NCBI GenBank assembly: GCA_028534125.1 | Contig: CM052832.1 | Coordinates: 9,240,001 to 9,304,000 of the forward strand | Length of the DNA stretch: 64,000 nt | DNA from: Lama glama | Taxonomy: Eukaryota | Reading direction: 5' to 3' | Shown: in pieces, positions 12,148-26,459 of the stretch | Layout: the number at the start of each line of letters is the position of its first letter | Numbering within the stretch: position 1 is the first letter of the stretch | Program-made: the position numbers and the translations under genes | Notes under the pieces: generated by a model | The model's input: the letters and a program-made list of their open reading frames with translations, nothing else | Databases searched by the model: none | What the model was told of the DNA's origin: nothing

Positions 12148-13052
12148 CTCCAAGATGTTGTTTTAAGGCACACTCACCAGCACTCGAGGCAATCAAGTTG
12201 TACAGTCACCATTACAGAACGGAAAGGTATTGCTTCATGCATGTAGCATAAATAAAGGAAGCATATTTGGCCTGAGTGAGTTATTACAATTTTAAAAATC
12301 CTGTAATATTTTTTGTTCACCTGAGAAATCTAGAACTTCTGGATCAGAAATGATGAATAAAAGAATGGAATATTTCTGCTGAATTCACAGTGGAGAAGAT
12401 TTAAAGTAAAATGAAGGCTTCTCTCCCCATGCCCAGAATGAAATGAACCTGGTTCTTAAAGACATTCAGGCCAACCCTGCACTTCCTGCCTTTGTATTTC
12501 TTATTATATGAGACAATAAATATCTTCACTACTGAGGCCACTGTATTCTATTACTTGAAGCCAAAAATTATATGTATTCTCTTTGGAGCCCTCCCTTCCC
12601 CTCCTCTGTGTGCCCATAACCCCTCGAATGTACTTCTAGTCTAGAATTTAACATGTAATGTAATAGTTATTGACATGACTTGTTTGTAAGATCATCCAAA
12701 GAGTTTATGGATTTTTCTTCCATTTTTGTAAGCTCAGTATGTTTCTTGGTACTTAACACAGAAGGATTTGTTTAGTAGGTGTCAAGACTTCATGTATTCA
12801 CTATTCTAGGAGGTGTAGAGGGTGCTGTCTCTTGATGGTGTGGGAAAGTTGTGGACTCAGCCCATGTACTACCCAGGTGAGCCTGTTGGGAAAGGCTGAG
12901 TCAGAAATACCTTAGTGAACTTCCAGTCCTGAGCCCCTGACAGTACACTCCTGAAATCTGGTAGACGGAATGGAAAGTCACTCTAGATGGAGGGTGAGGC
13001 AATTCAGAAGAGTGTATCTCCTCCCATTTGGATTCTTAGGATTCTTTTTAGA

Positions 13053-13432
13053 TATTTTTTTTAATTGAAGTATAGTTGATTTACAATGTTGTGTTAGTTT
13101 CTGGTATACAGCAGAGTGATTCTGTAGATAGATATAGATATAGATATAGATATAGATATAGATATAGATATATTCTTTTTCAGATTCTTTCCACTATAGT
13201 TTATTACAGGATATTGAATGTAGTTCCCTGTGCCAGGCAGTAGGACTTTGTTGGTTATCTATTTTATATACAGTAGTTTGTATCTGCTAATCCCAAACTC
13301 CTGGTTTATCCCTCACCCTCCCTTTCCCCTTTGGTAACCATAAGTTTATTTTCTGTCTGTGAGTCTGTTTCTGTGTGTAAATAAGTTCATTTGTATCTTT
13401 TTTTTTTTTAGATTCCACATATAAGAGATATC
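13053..13432 (-). mobile_element. Cetartiodactyl-type L1 3' UTR containing a (GATATA)n microsatellite at about 13130-13172
   Basis: tttttaattgaagtatagttgatttacaatgttgtgttagtttctggt...tagattccacatataag. Confidence 0.85.
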
Positions 13433-15994
13433 AAAATGTTAATTTCATTACAAAGCTAGACTGGAGGATGTGGTATGGTTGTGAAGTCAAGTGGGTTTGT
13501 TTGCAAATACTCTCCTATTTTGAACTTAGTCTCCAAAATGCCATCCTCCATCCTTGCTGGGACAGAACCTGTCCTGTTTGGCTTACCACATGGCTAGGGG
13601 AACAGACCAGAGCACACATGCACTCCACAGAGCAGGTTCCCAGGCAAAAGTGAATTCAGAAAGCCAGGCTTCCCAGGGGAGCGCGTACAAAGACGTGAAC
13701 TTCTCTGCTGGATAATCTGCTACTGCACAGTCTTTATAATTTTTCTCACTTTCCTTTCCTAGTTTGGATCATTGAGAGGTCATCGTATTCAAACATTTCC
13801 TCCAATCTTGGTTTGACTTTTGCTTTCTTGCAATATGAAGAAGGCAGCTTCTGAACCCGCTGAGGAATGTGGGTTGCAGAGCGTGGACTGTTTCATGTTT
13901 GATATCTTCATATTCTGATACTCTCTCCACAAGGTCTCAATGTGATGGCTGGAATTATCATTGGCAGAAATATACAGAATTCCGAATTTGAAAATTTGAG
14001 CCTCAGGTTGCAGTAAAAATAACCAGTCCAGAGTACTCTTTTCAGGGTTCAAATATACTAGTGGGCAAATCTGATAAACTAACGTGAAAAGCGTTAGTGG
14101 GAGAGAGTAGGTTTATATGTTAGACCATCCAAACCTCACTTGCTTTTTAGCAGCCACTTTCAATGCCTTGTCCTAAAAGGAGGGTGTCCTAAAAGGAATG
14201 TTAAGCCATGTGGCAGGTCTCTTTGGGGGAGGGGCTTTATCTGACACCCCTAAGTCATGGCATATAGGAAGCTCCTACTTTAGTTCTCCACACACAAGGC
14301 TGTGTAAGACTGTAATAATGTGGTGGAAAAGGGAGAATTTTCGAGGTTTAATTCAGAAGGAGCAAAGCACAGGTGGCCCCAGAGCAGGGACCCTTCTAGC
14401 CCCATCCCATCACGAGACACTTCACCAGCTTGGGCAGAAACAGGAAGTAGGTGAGGACAACACAGAGCCCGGTGAACGTGACCGGGGCACCATTTCTGGG
14501 TCCTGGAAAGAAAGTTGACCTGATCAGGCTCTATCTAACCAGTCTGAGACTCAGCCTCTCCTGTTAGTCTCCTCAGCCTAATACTGCCCCAGGGCCCCAA
14601 AAGTCCACAGTCTACTTGCCCCAGGCCCCACTCCACAGCCACAGTCCCTGCATGGCTAATCCTGGCCAGTTGGCAAGTTAATGAATCTCCTGGGTTCTTA
14701 AGGGACTGGGCAGGGGTGTGGATGACTCAGTGTGGCCCATCCCCACTGTAAGAGAAACAGCTCAGAGTAAATAGTCCGTGATGGTGAGTTAGTAATGTCA
14801 GTTTCATTAGAGAATATTTTTGTGCAGCGGTAAATAGCATTTGCAAACCTTTTCAAACTAATTTTTGTGTCATGGAAGAAAGGGGAAGTTAGCGTAAATA
14901 GCCTGAAACTCAGATGATTTATTTCTCAGTTTAGACTTGCGTGTTTCATTCACTTCTGGGACGTTTCTTCTCGTCTATCTGCTTTTGGGGATCAGCCTTG
15001 AAAGAAGAGTGAGTCATCATTTGGCTACATCTTCTTTTCGTTGTTTAATCCCTTAATGTAAAAGAGAATTAGGCAAGAAGATTAAGAGAGATTGAACAAG
15101 ATTCATTATTGAATTATTAAAAATTAAGCTCTGGCTCAAAACAACCTAAGAGATGTATACGATAATGTAAGGGACACAAAAGCCCCTTATTCAAGTGCAA
15201 GAGATGTTATCCATTTGCTTCTTGATAAAAATCAATGATTAACCATCATATGCTCAAAAGTAATCATAACGTTTTCTTCATTTGTGAAGACACCCTACCA
15301 ACTGGATTGGTATATACTTAGAAAAATAACTCTAGTCCTGAGATGGGTTAACCTGATATTTCTCTTCATGCCAGAGGACCAGGCCTTCTTACCCAGTGGG
15401 TGCTCACAGTTTCCACATGATACGCCATCAAATGGTTGTAGGGTTGGTAAGACCGTGGGTGGTACTCCAGGGCAGGGCTTGAGTGAGATCCTGAAAATGG
15501 GCAAAGGTCACCTTCCTCCTTTTTCATCACAGACGTGGCTTCTAAGGTCAGCTTCTCAATCTCTTCAGGCCTTCAAGTCTTTATGTGGGAGAACCAAGAG
15601 TAAAGATCCAGGGAAAATTCTGGAAGAAATAAAAGAGGCAGACTGAGACTCTCCAAAGACAAAATGCGTGTTTGCCTTCAGAGCTGCTGTGACTTTCAGG
15701 AGGACTCACTGCCTTCTCTTTGTGAGCCTCTAGCTGCTGTGTTTCGTCTAGAGCGAGGGTTTGTAACTCCCTACAAGGACCATGGATGGACAGTGATGAG
15801 TGTGTGAGCCTCATGAACGTGTAGCAACATTTTCATCGCACCTATATGGGCTGGGGAAATGTGGAGGACCCAAAACTCTCATTAGATTCTCAGAATTGTC
15901 CATGACCGCATACTGAAGAGGGTTCCAAGGCTGTTCCAGGGCTAGGGCATCTGCGTGTCTTCTGGTTCAACGGCAGCCCCACATCTGAAATATA

Positions 15995-16135
15995 GGTAAT
16001 AATATTACACCCACCTTACAGATGAGGAAACAGGCTGACAGAGTTTAAATAACCTATCCAAGGTCACACAGCTGGTAAATGGTGAAGCCAGATTATAAAC
16101 CCAGATCTGTCCAACTTCAGAAACTGAGCCTCTCA
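15995..16135 (-). mobile_element. MIR SINE
   Basis: ttacagatgaggaaacaggct...aacctatccaaggtcacacagctggtaaatggtgaagccag. Confidence 0.85.
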
Positions 16136-16910
16136 TTAGTGGGCAATGCTTTGTCTACATTTAACAGGTTTAAAATAATAAGATCTGGAATTTGTTAGGG
16201 CTCTTCCAGCTTTGCCAGATCTTTATGGTAGTGTCCTGGTAGGTGACCCAATTCTGTCTGAACCCTTCTGGGAGTGGGAGCTTCCTATCTCACCAGGGGT
16301 CAGCTTCATTGTTGGACTTAATGACTGCTTTTTAAATATTAAACCCCACCTTACCTTGCATTGGATGCTAGGTGCTTTCAACTGTTGTGAAATGCAGAAT
16401 GTCTTCAGTTGTGCTGTCTAGGACTGGAGTCTGAAATTCTGTGGCATGGAGACCTCTGCTTCTCTCCCTCTTCAAAGTGGGGCACATGGGGGAAGGTGGA
16501 CTGTGTTGGAAAAACCAAGCATGCACATCAAGAAAGAGCCTAACATGTGGAATGATGGACAAGACAATCATCCAAAAATACCAGAAGAGAGTGTGCTCTG
16601 AAAATGAGAATGACCTGACAGTTGCCATATACAGGAAAATCTTTATTAGCTGACATTGGAGGTCTTCTTTTCTCTAGCTTCTTTTGTAAAAATGATCCTT
16701 TTTGTATCTCCTTTATACCCTAGAGAACAAGAAATCTGGAAGGTGCGGGAAGTTGCTTTCCTAGAGTATTGGTGGTTTCTTGTGAGCTCAAATTCTTACT
16801 TGCTTCTCAAAATGTCCTCAATGATAGATGACATAAACGCCTTAAAAATGGAAAGCATTTAACAGTAATATTAGTAAATTAGAAAGTTTGTAATGATTGC
16901 CTGAGTAAAC

Positions 16911-17435
16911 TGTTCTGGGGGAGGCTGGTCTCCGTGGTTGGCGCCTAAGGGTCCATGCCTTCCAGGACTCACACCTCAGAATGTAGACTGGCCCAGTGGA
17001 GGATGAAGCAACTGATGCTGTGCCAGTTCCAGGCCTAGGCCTCAGGAAGTTCTTGAGGCTTCCACTTTTGCACTTTTGGGATATCTATGCTGCCATGTAT
17101 GAATCCAACTACTCTCACACTGGAGAGGCCATGTAGAGAGAGAGGCCCCAGAGTGATATGGAAAGAGAGAGTTCCAACTGCTCAAGTATCCTGTGTGGGT
17201 CCAGCCTTCCAGCCATTCCTGCGAAGGTGCCAGACATATATGTGAACCATCTGAGATGTTCTGTGCGGTCAGGCTGCGAGGTGACTGCAGCCCCAACTGT
17301 TATCACAAGGAGCAGAAGAATCACTCAGCTGAGCATAGCCAACCTACAGAATCATAAAAGACAATAAAAACGATTGTTATTTTAAGCCTCTAAGTTGTGG
17401 GGTGGTTTGTTATGTAGTAATAGACAACCAAATAC
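16911..17435 (+). mobile_element. MLT1-family MaLR solo LTR
   Basis: The typical 3' end ttgttattttaagcctctaagttgtggggtggtttgttatgtagtaatagacaaccaaatac. Confidence 0.8.
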
Positions 17436-17569
17436 TTTTCATTTTCCTGTATCAAAACTGACTATCTTTATGGTGAAACAAAGTTGAGAAAAATGCATGT
17501 TATAGCAAAGTGGTTAAAAACATCACTTATCTTGCAAAATACCCAATCAGAAATAAGCCTCATTAAAGC

Positions 17570-18306
17570 AGTATTCAAACCACAATGAGATAGCACTTTA
17601 TACCCACTAGGATGACTATAATGAAAAAGACAGATAATGACAAGTGCTGGCAGGGATGTGGAGAACTTGGAGCCCTCATACACTGCTGTTGGGAATGTAA
17701 AACAGTGCAGCAGCTTTGGAAAACAGTCTGGCAAGTTCCTCAAAATGTTAATCATAGAGCTGGCATATAACCCAGCAACTTCACTACTAAGTAGGTACCC
17801 AAGAGAAATGAAAACATATGTTCCCAGAAAAACTTGTACAGGAATGTTCATAGCAACATTATTCATAATTGCTGAAAGGTGGAAACAACTCATTTGATGA
17901 CTGATCAACTGATGACTGGATAAATAATATGTGATATTATCTGTAGAATGGAATTGTATGGATAAAAATGAATAAAAAGGAATGAAGTCCTGATACATGC
18001 TACAGCATGAGTGAATCTTGAAAATGCCAAGTGAAGGAAGCCAGTCACAAAGACTACATACTGTATGATTCTGTTTGTACAAAATGTCCAGGCAATTCTG
18101 TAGAGACAGAGAATAGATTAGTGCTTGCTCAGGGCTGGGGAGCAATGGGTACAGAATTTCTTTTCGGTATAATGAAAATATTCTAAAATTGGATTGATGA
18201 TTTCATCCTCCATGAATACACTAGAAAAATTTAATTCCACATTTTAAATGGGTAAATTGTATGGTATGTGAATTGTATCTCAATAAAGGTGTTACCAAAA
18301 AAAAAA
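17570..18306 (+). mobile_element. L1 (L1MB-like) ORF2 C-terminus and 3' UTR
   Basis: ORF 17637..17897 ends IELAYNPATSLLSRYPREMKTYVPRKTCTGMFIATLFIIAERWKQ. The element terminates at tatctcaataaag plus an A tail. Confidence 0.9.
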
Positions 18307-18875
18307 TGCAATATCCTATAAGACTGATGTCTATTTTGTTTTGACTGCTTTGGGCACCAGACTCTTGCCTATCATCAGATAAGGCTAAATCCACCCAGAT
18401 AGCTAATGACACTTGAATGGGTTTTTTGATGGGAGAGTTTATAAAAACTGCATGTGAAATGAGAACGGAATGTCAGTTTATCATACAGTTAATACAGTGT
18501 AGTATTACAGTTAATATTCTTAGCTTCCTATTACCAATAAGGTGAAGGTCCACACACAGATTTGGTGTGAATCCTTACATTCTGTGGTCGTGAGGTTTGT
18601 TAAGTCACCTGCTGGGACCTGCTGAATTCTAACTATGACGTGATACTACTTTGTCAGCATGAAGAAAGGGAAAGAGGGCCGTATTACCCCAACCTGATTT
18701 CCCAGAAAACAAAACAATGTTCATAACTGTAGTTGCAAGAACTAACAAAAGTATCTGAATTCATTACTTAGTTAGAAAACCTGAGTGCCAGTTGACAACT
18801 CTCCTGCAGCAGCATAATAGCACGTTTTTCATTGTCTGCTGGTTACTGAATGGTTGACTTTTACAGATATTTTAC

Positions 18876-19006
18876 TTTTTTTTCCTTTTTTGGGGGGAGG
18901 TAATTAGGCTTATTTATTTATTTTTAATATAGGTACTGGGGATTGAACCCAGGACCTGGTGCATGATAAGCACACACTCTGCTGCTGAGCTACATTCTCC
19001 CCACTT
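18876..19006 (-). mobile_element. tRNA-Ala-derived camelid SINE (vic-1 type)
   Basis: ggggggaggtaattagg...ggtactggggattgaacccaggacct...tgagctac. TSD is agat(a/g)ttttac at 18865-18875 and 19007-19017. Confidence 0.9.
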
Positions 19007-19359
19007 AGATGTTTTACATGTTTTTGAAAAAAGTATGCTCTATTTGTTGTGATGTGCAGGTTTATATATATCCATTACTTTAAGCTTGTTAATTGTGCAT
19101 TTATGTCCTCAGTAGCCTTATAATGTTCTAGCTACTTCATTTAGAATTATAATAATAAATATTTATTTATTGGTAAACTAAAATGTGTCAGGTCCCATGC
19201 CAGGCTCTGAGAATTCAGTCCTGATCAGGACATAGTTCCTGCCTTCACAGAGTTCACAGTAGATGACAAATGCCTCAGTAAAAGACCTGCAGTGACACTT
19301 TGTATTTACTTTGAAAGTATATTTTAAATATATATATATATATATACACACATACATTT

Positions 19360-21345
19360 TTAATTTAAAGCTTTGTTTTTTTATCTTTCAGTTTTTGATA
19401 AAGCAATGTTAAAATCTGTGGTTGTGAGGTCATCAAATTCTCCTTTAGATCTGTTAATTTTTGCTTGACATACTTGGAGCCTCCTTTGTTAGGTGCACTG
19501 GTTCAGGATTTTTATAACTTCCTGATGAATTCCCTCTTGTATCTCCTTCAGTGTCTCATCTGCTGTTCACACCATCCAGTGAAACTTTCATTTTCATTTC
19601 CAGAGGTTAAGTTTGAGTCTTTATTATCTTCCATGTCTCTTTGCAACATGCTCAGTCTTTATCTTCTTGAACTGATGGAAGATAGTTACAATAACTTTTA
19701 ATGTTCTTATCCACTAATTTTGTCATCTGTGCTGTTTCTGGATGTGTTCCCATTGATAGACTTTTCTCCTCGTTGTGGGTCATGATTTCCTGCTTCTTTG
19801 CACGCCTGGCAAGTTTTGATTGGTTGCCAGACATTGTGTATTTTATCTTGCCAAATGCTGGATGCTTTGTATGCCTGTATTAATATTCTTGATCTTTGTT
19901 CTGAGACACAGCTAAATCACTTGGAAACAGTTTGATCTTTTAAGTCTTTTTTATTTTTAAGTTTTGTTAGGTGGGACCCAAATAGTCTTTAGTCTAAGGC
20001 TGGTTTTTCCCCAATACTGAGGCAATACCCTTCTGGTTACTCAGTGCCCCATGATTTACAGGGTTTTCCTCAGGTTCCCCCTGCCTGGGCTACAGCCTGG
20101 AAACTCTCTAGGCACAAAACTGAAACAATCATAGGGTTCACCTAATTTGTTTCCCCTCTCAGGGATCACTGTCTATGCTGTGTGTTGTCCAGAGTCTGAA
20201 AGACCATTGTTTCAGGTATTCTGTCCAGTTTTTAGAGGGTAAATCCGGTCCCTGTTACTCCATCTTGGCCTACTTAGTTTCTAATAATGCTTTTTGCCTT
20301 AGTATCTTTTTCAAACAGTATTTTTAAAAAATTGATTGGTTAATATCTATTTTTGTCTCATATTGGTATTGCCACACCACCTTCCCTTCCAAAAGTATTT
20401 ACCTGGTGTTTATACGTCCATCTCTTTATTTTGAAACTTCTTGAATCATTATGTCTCAGGTTTGTCTTTTTAAAAGAACAGAACAGTTGATTTTATCTAC
20501 TAGTTTGAGAATTTTTGCCTTTTAACAGCTGGGTTTAATCATGTAAATTTATTGGGGTTTGTAATCTATTTGAATTTATTTGTTTCCTTTTTTTGTGCTT
20601 TTCCTGTATCATACTTTTTCTTTTTTCTTTTATTGCTTTCCATTGTATTCATAAAGGTTTACTTATGCTCCCCCTTTTTGTTTCTACAGGTTTAGAAGTT
20701 ACATGTTCTATTTTTATTCTTCTAGGAGTAATGCTCAGAATTTTAATATGCGTTCTTGATATAATGAAGTCCAAAGTTAATGGATATCACACTCTTTCTA
20801 AAAAATTATAAGGTCTTATAACGATGTAATACCTTTCTCCCATCTCCCACATTCCACATTACTGTTGCCTAAAATGTATTTCCATCTTGTTTTCAAACAT
20901 CCCCACACAAATTAGTAATTTTGAGTAGTCAGTGTTTATTAGGGTTTAGATTACAAAATACTCATTTGCTCACCACTGCTTCTTGCCTCTCAGTCCTTTA
21001 ACTACCATCTTACTGAATAATGTCCTTCAGGAATTCTTTCACAGAGGGTTAGTGAAATGTGAACTCTCAGAGGTTTTTGTTTGTCTGAAAATGTCTTTAT
21101 TTTATTCTGTGCTCAGTGTAGAAACATGATTTTGCTGAGTGTAGAATTCCCAGGTTGACAATTACTTTCCCTTAAGACATTGAAGATATTGTTTAATTTT
21201 CTTCTGGCATTTGTTATTTGATGAGAAGGCTGTCCTCAGTAATCATTGTTCTTTTGTAGATAGTCTGCCTTCCCAATTTGGCTGGCTTTAGCTCTTCTTT
21301 GTCTGTATTGTTCTGCAGGTGTGATGTGTCTAGATGTGGATTTAC
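19360..21345 (-). mobile_element. Old L1 fragments (ORF1/inter-ORF region) with a nested L1MC-like piece at about 19510-20270
   Basis: T-rich antisense L1 composition with motifs tgtctgaaaatgtctttatt and ttttgattggttgccagacattgtg. Confidence 0.6.
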
Positions 21346-21429
21346 ATTATTTGTTCAAGACAAAATTTACTCCTTCAAGTAGAAAGGCTCATTATGTTCG
21401 ACACTGTCCTGTGCCACCTGGATCCCTCT

Positions 21430-21966
21430 TCAGGACTGAAGGAACTAATCCCCCAGATGCTAAAGAGCTGGGGATGCTTCCAGAAGACAGAGCTGGGATG
21501 TCAGACCTCTCTAGGAAATGACCTCAGCGGAATAGTGCTGCTTTGCTTGTGAGGTCACACCCCTTCCTAAGGGCATCTTGCATCCAATGATTGGTTGATG
21601 CAGGGGTACAAAGAGCCAGCCCTCTTGACTCCATGTGGGACAATTCTAAAAGTCCGTCTTAGCTTCAGAGCTCCCCTTGGTAGGATGGTCAACTCTTCCA
21701 AGTTTGCCAAGGACTTGTGTCTCTGAGACCCCCCAGTCTTGGATCCTGGGAAACCCTTTGATCCTGAACAAACTGGGATAATTGATCACCTTTCCCATGA
21801 AGTTGGCCCAAGTCTTGCCGAGGCTGCATTGAAGCTCATCTCCTCCCTCTGCTCGGTCCTGCTTCCATCCCTTCCACTGGTATCAACCCCAAAAGCTCTC
21901 CATAAGAAGCCTCCTGAACACTAATCTCTGTCTCAACCTACTTCCCAGGGAAACCAACCTACAACA
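21430..21966 (+). mobile_element. LTR16-like ERVL LTR with a nested MER81-like MITE at about 21681-21792
   Basis: catccaatgattggttgatgcagggg...cttcagagctcccc, ending ctctgtctcaacctacttcccagggaaaccaacctacaaca. The inner MITE reads taggatggtcaac...tgatcacctt. Confidence 0.6.
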
Positions 21967-22204
21967 CTAATGTCTTTCTAAATTAATTATAGAAAACTCT
22001 TAGATGTTTTCTCTGTAAGTATTGCCTTTTCACATTCTCTATTCTTTTCTTCAGGGACATCCACTAAATGAATGCATGTCAAATCTCTTCATTTTACCCT
22101 CCATTTTTCTTAAACATTTTTAAAAAAAATTTTCCATCTTTCCATCTCACTCTTTGAATTTGCTGATTCCATCTTCATGTGGTCTCTTTTGGTATTTAAC
22201 TCAT

Positions 22205-23474
22205 CATGTAAAGACTTCTACACCTTAATAACTTTCTTCATTTGGCTTTGAAGACACATTCTCATCTGTTTTTCTTCCTGTATTTCTGGTTGTTCTGTTT
22301 CAGTCTTGTCTGCTGGTTCCTCTTCATCGTCCCTTCTTCTAAATGATGAAGTTCTGGGGCTCAGTTCTGGAACCTCTTCTCTTTTTTACAGATTAAACCA
22401 CTTTCCAGATGAAGTCATCAGTCTTGTGACTTCAAATAACATAGATATGCTGATAATTTCCAAATTTATATCTCCAGTTCAGACATCTCCCCTAAACTCC
22501 TGACCCATATATCCATTTGGCTACAAGCCATCTGCACTTGGAAGTTTAAAAACCAAGCTCCCGATGGTCATTCTGAAACCTTGAAGTTTTCCCTAACTCA
22601 ATTAGTGGTAACTGTTATTATGGAAATTCTGGGTAAAATCCTTAGAGTAACCTTTATATCTCTGTGTCTTGTACTGCAGATACTGCAAATCCTATGGATT
22701 TTACCTAAAAATGGATCCAGAATTGGACCACTTTTTATGATACTCACTGCTGTCCCCCTGTCCAAGTCACCATCACTTCTTGCCTGGATTATTGCAACAG
22801 CCTCCTGACTGGTCTGCTTCCAGCCAATTCTCAACATGGCACAATGATCCTATTAACATGTTAGTCAAATCCTTACCTCCCTCTGCTCAGAACCCACCAA
22901 TGACTCCCTTGTCACTTGGAGTAAAAACAAAGTCCTTACTGTGATCTGCAAAGCCCTGTATGGTCCAGCCCCCTGTTGTCTCCTGGACTCATCTCCCACT
23001 GCTTTCTCTGCCTCTCCCTCCCTCTACACTCCCACACACCGGGCACCTTGCTGTTACTTAAAAACACCAGGCACAGTTCCTGATCATGTCCTTTGCTCTG
23101 GCTGTTTCCTCTGCCTGGAAAGTTCTTCCCCACACATCCATGTGGTTTGCTCTCTTACTTCCTCAGGTCTTGAATAAACATCACTTGCTCAGTGAGGCTC
23201 TCCCAGGTACCTTATCTCAAACTTTAGCCACTCCCTCTTGATATTTCATACCCCTCTTCCCTATGTTATTTTTTCTCCTTAGCACTTATCCCTACCTCAT
23301 ATGCTATATATTATATTTATTATCTATCTTCATTATTAAAATGTAAACTCTATTAGATTAGGGTTTTTTTTTGTTGTTGTTGTTTATTTTGTTCACTAGT
23401 GTCCTCAGAGACTTGAACTGTGTCTGGCACATAATATGGGCTTAATAAATATTTGGTGAATGAATGAGTGAATG
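22205..23474 (+). mobile_element. L2 (L2a-like) LINE 3' part
   Basis: tttccaaatttatatctccag, tgcctggattattgcaacagcctcctgactggtct, and the diagnostic end tgtctggcacataatatgggcttaataaatatttggtgaatgaatgagtgaatga. Confidence 0.9.
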
Positions 23475-23564
23475 AGGGACTCTCTTTCATTTCTAGAAAA
23501 TTGACTTTCCCCCCCCCCCAAATCTGCCAATTCTTATTGAATAGTGTCCTTTTGCTTTTAATTT

Positions 23565-23780
23565 ATAGTGATGAATATCATGTGCTCTAAAACTAGACTG
23601 CTTCGGTTCCAGTTACAGCTCTGCTGCCCTAATGGCTGTGTGACCATGGGCACATTTCCTAACATCTCATTTGTAAAATAGAGAAAGTAATACCACCTTC
23701 AGAGGGATTTAGTGAAGATTAAATAAGTTAATAGTCTGTGAAGCCCTTAGAACAGTGCTATGTGTTAGCTATCTTTATTT
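23565..23780 (+). mobile_element. MIR SINE
   Basis: gctgtgtgaccatgggcac...gaagattaaataagttaat...cttagaacagtgc. Confidence 0.7.
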
Positions 23781-25104
23781 TTTATCATCGTCATTTAAAA
23801 TCTTCTTATTGTTTAGAGTATCTTTCAGATTTTCTGTTATTTTGACTTTTGAGGAAGTGCCAAGTTTTCTGTTTCTTGCAGATGCAAACTCTCTATTGAT
23901 AAAACCTAATCGGCCACAGGCCACCAGGAATAAGTCTGTAGTCAGCTGGCTGAATCAGAGTTGCTGATTCAGCGCAGCAAGGGAGGGCACTCCAGGGGAA
24001 CTGAGGAGGAGATGGGAGGAGGAGAGCATCTTTTGTAAGGTTCAGTCGCTGCTGAAGGATTCTGGGGGTTCTAAGGGAAGTGGGCATCAAGTCTGGATTG
24101 CTTGCTGTTACTCAGGGGGGATTAGGAGAAGTGAGGTGTAACTAGGGATCGGGTGCTGTCATGCTGTGGGTACCCCAGCAATAGAAGGGTAAGGCACAGT
24201 GGTCTGGGGGTGTGCTGGGGAAGCAGTTGTCCCTCAAGAAGGGGTCATTATGGCATTTTACATTTGCTGCCTGACCTTAAGAGAAACATTGTTCCTTACT
24301 AACTTAGCGGCTGCCTTTATTGGTGTCTGTCCTCCAGCCTAACTATGCAGGGCTGCTTGTTTTGTTTTCCAGTCCAAGCTGTTTTCACTCTATAAATCCC
24401 AAAGAAGATTTTACTCTTTTGCCAGCATGGCAGGATATGTGTACTTTTTTATTGTGAACTTATCTTCGGCAGGAGTTGTTTCTTCCTTTGGGAGTCCCTG
24501 AAGTCTTGCACAGTGACTGTATCTCCATGGAGCAGACACACATGTGCTTCTGCCAGAATGTTAAGTGTCTCAAAGCCAGTTTTTAATGTCAAATTTTCAT
24601 CTTGGAATTTGCACTATGCAGGTAGATTAATGTAGACCCTCACTTCGGCACTTGGCATAGGCCTAGGATTTAGATCTCTCGTGGGCACATTTCACTCCAC
24701 ATCTAAGAACTTAGACCAATGGTGAGCTTCCTGGCCAGTTCCCAGGGCCTCTGTGCGGTTTGTCTATCCCCATTTCAGTGGGAAGAGTTCTTCAAGGCCT
24801 TAGATTTTATGCAGAGAGTGCAATCACAGCTCACCTGTCCCTTCAAGGGCATTAGTCCCTGACCCCAACTCCAGGTCCAAATGCACGTAGGCTGCTATGA
24901 TGTCAGCTCACCTAGCTGCTCTGCCTTCGATGGTTCTCTTCATGACTAGCATTTGGAGGTTTCCCTTTACTTTTTTTCCAGCTTAGTTGTTTCCTTGAAT
25001 ATATATTTGGACCGTATTTTTTCAGCATCTTCTATGTTTTTGTGATTGAACTGGGCCCACCTCCATATTACCTCGACCCACTCAGTCCTGATGCTGGGAC
25101 TTCA

Positions 25105-25300
25105 ATGGTTGTTAAAGGCTCAGACTTGGCTTTAAATTTCAGAGTCTATACTTATTTTTTTGGTATGACTTTGTTCAACTCTTGAAGCCTCCAGCTCCTA
25201 TCTATAGAATGGGAATAATAATAATGACATGTCTATTAAGTGAGGTAACAGGCACAAAATATATACATGAGAACTCAAAGATATCACTGTTATTATTACT
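25105..25300 (+). mobile_element. MIR SINE
   Basis: Degenerate core gcctccagctcctatctatagaatgggaataataata. Confidence 0.55.
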
Positions 25301-26459
25301 ATCAATTTTAAAAAGTGGAAGAAGTAAAAAAGAACAAGAAAGAAAATGATGTGTGCCTTTTGGTGTCAAGACCTAGTTCCTGAAACCAAGAAGTTCTACT
25401 CCATCCATTTTAGACACACTGCCCACAAATATAGAATCCTTATCCATTTTATTGCCAAAAAAACCTTTGATTTCCTCAAAAGAGTTCTGAAAAATGCCTT
25501 ACTCTATTTACTGTCTGTAGGCAGTAGCTTGAGTCTTTGGTTGCTGGTGGTAGTGGATTTGCCTTTTAATATGAGAGCTCTGACCAGCCACCTCTGTGTT
25601 CAGCTTTATGATTTGTTGTGCTCACGAGTTAGTGATCTTCTGCTCCCTGTTCAGTGGAAGAAAAACCTTCTGTTTGGTGTCTTCCGAAACAGAACAAAGG
25701 TCATAACGCTTCCTTTGCGACACCATTAAAGTTCAGCAGTCCAACAGCACATGGGTTAGACATATATTTGAATTTCCTCACTCATTCTGATTTTGGAAAT
25801 CTGACATCTTCCCTAAATATATGTGTTTCAACTTTCACTTTCTCCAGTAAAGTTAAATGAGTCACCTTCACACATACTAACGGTGGCCCCTCCTTGCCCC
25901 CTCAAAGAAGTCCAATAACTGTCTTATATATTTAATGTATCTCATACCCCAGGAATGCTGAATTCATGTGTTATGAAAATTAAATGAGAAAGCACATATT
26001 ATAGTATTCCTTGGCACTTAGTAGGCTCACAACCAATAGATGCTATGAGTTAGACGTATCTCTAGCCTCTGCGTATGGATGGTGTCTAAGATAGATTTTT
26101 TTAAAATGCAAATTAAATTCCCTAATGCATTTGTTTACAAAGACATATATATTTTATTGGCCTGCCAGGCTGTGAGTCTGTGTTTCTATTTCTCCAGCGA
26201 GGCAGTGTAATGTCTAGGAAGGCAGCAATGATTATACTCTATTCTCCGAGTCTTACCCCACCTGAGGGCCTTATTTTCTGTATGGCTTCTTTCTATACAC
26301 ATGATGATGTTCGTGGCTGGCCTTGGTGTATGGCAGTGAACCTCCAGGGGCCTTGGGGAAAGTGGAGTCGTTCCCCCTCCCTCGTCTCGTGTTATATATT
26401 ACAGACAGGCTTGCTCAGCTTCATTCCAACTCCCTTGTAATATGTTTCATTAAATACTT

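Noticed and set aside
13580..14052. Minus-strand coding-looking segment (87-aa ORF) with a possible donor at about 13586
   Set aside because: No recognisable protein family and no poly(A) or TSD for a retrocopy. It cannot be supported without a homology search.
14169..14197. 13-bp direct repeat tgtcctaaaagga (similar small duplications near 7242, 37582, 54034 and 57001)
   Set aside because: These are ordinary slippage-type microduplications with no associated structure.
17468..18145. 225-aa minus-strand ORF
   Set aside because: It is the antisense reading of an L1 3' end.
23885..24390. Possible ERV LTR
   Set aside because: It has an LTR-like texture, but I can support no family match, termini or TSD.
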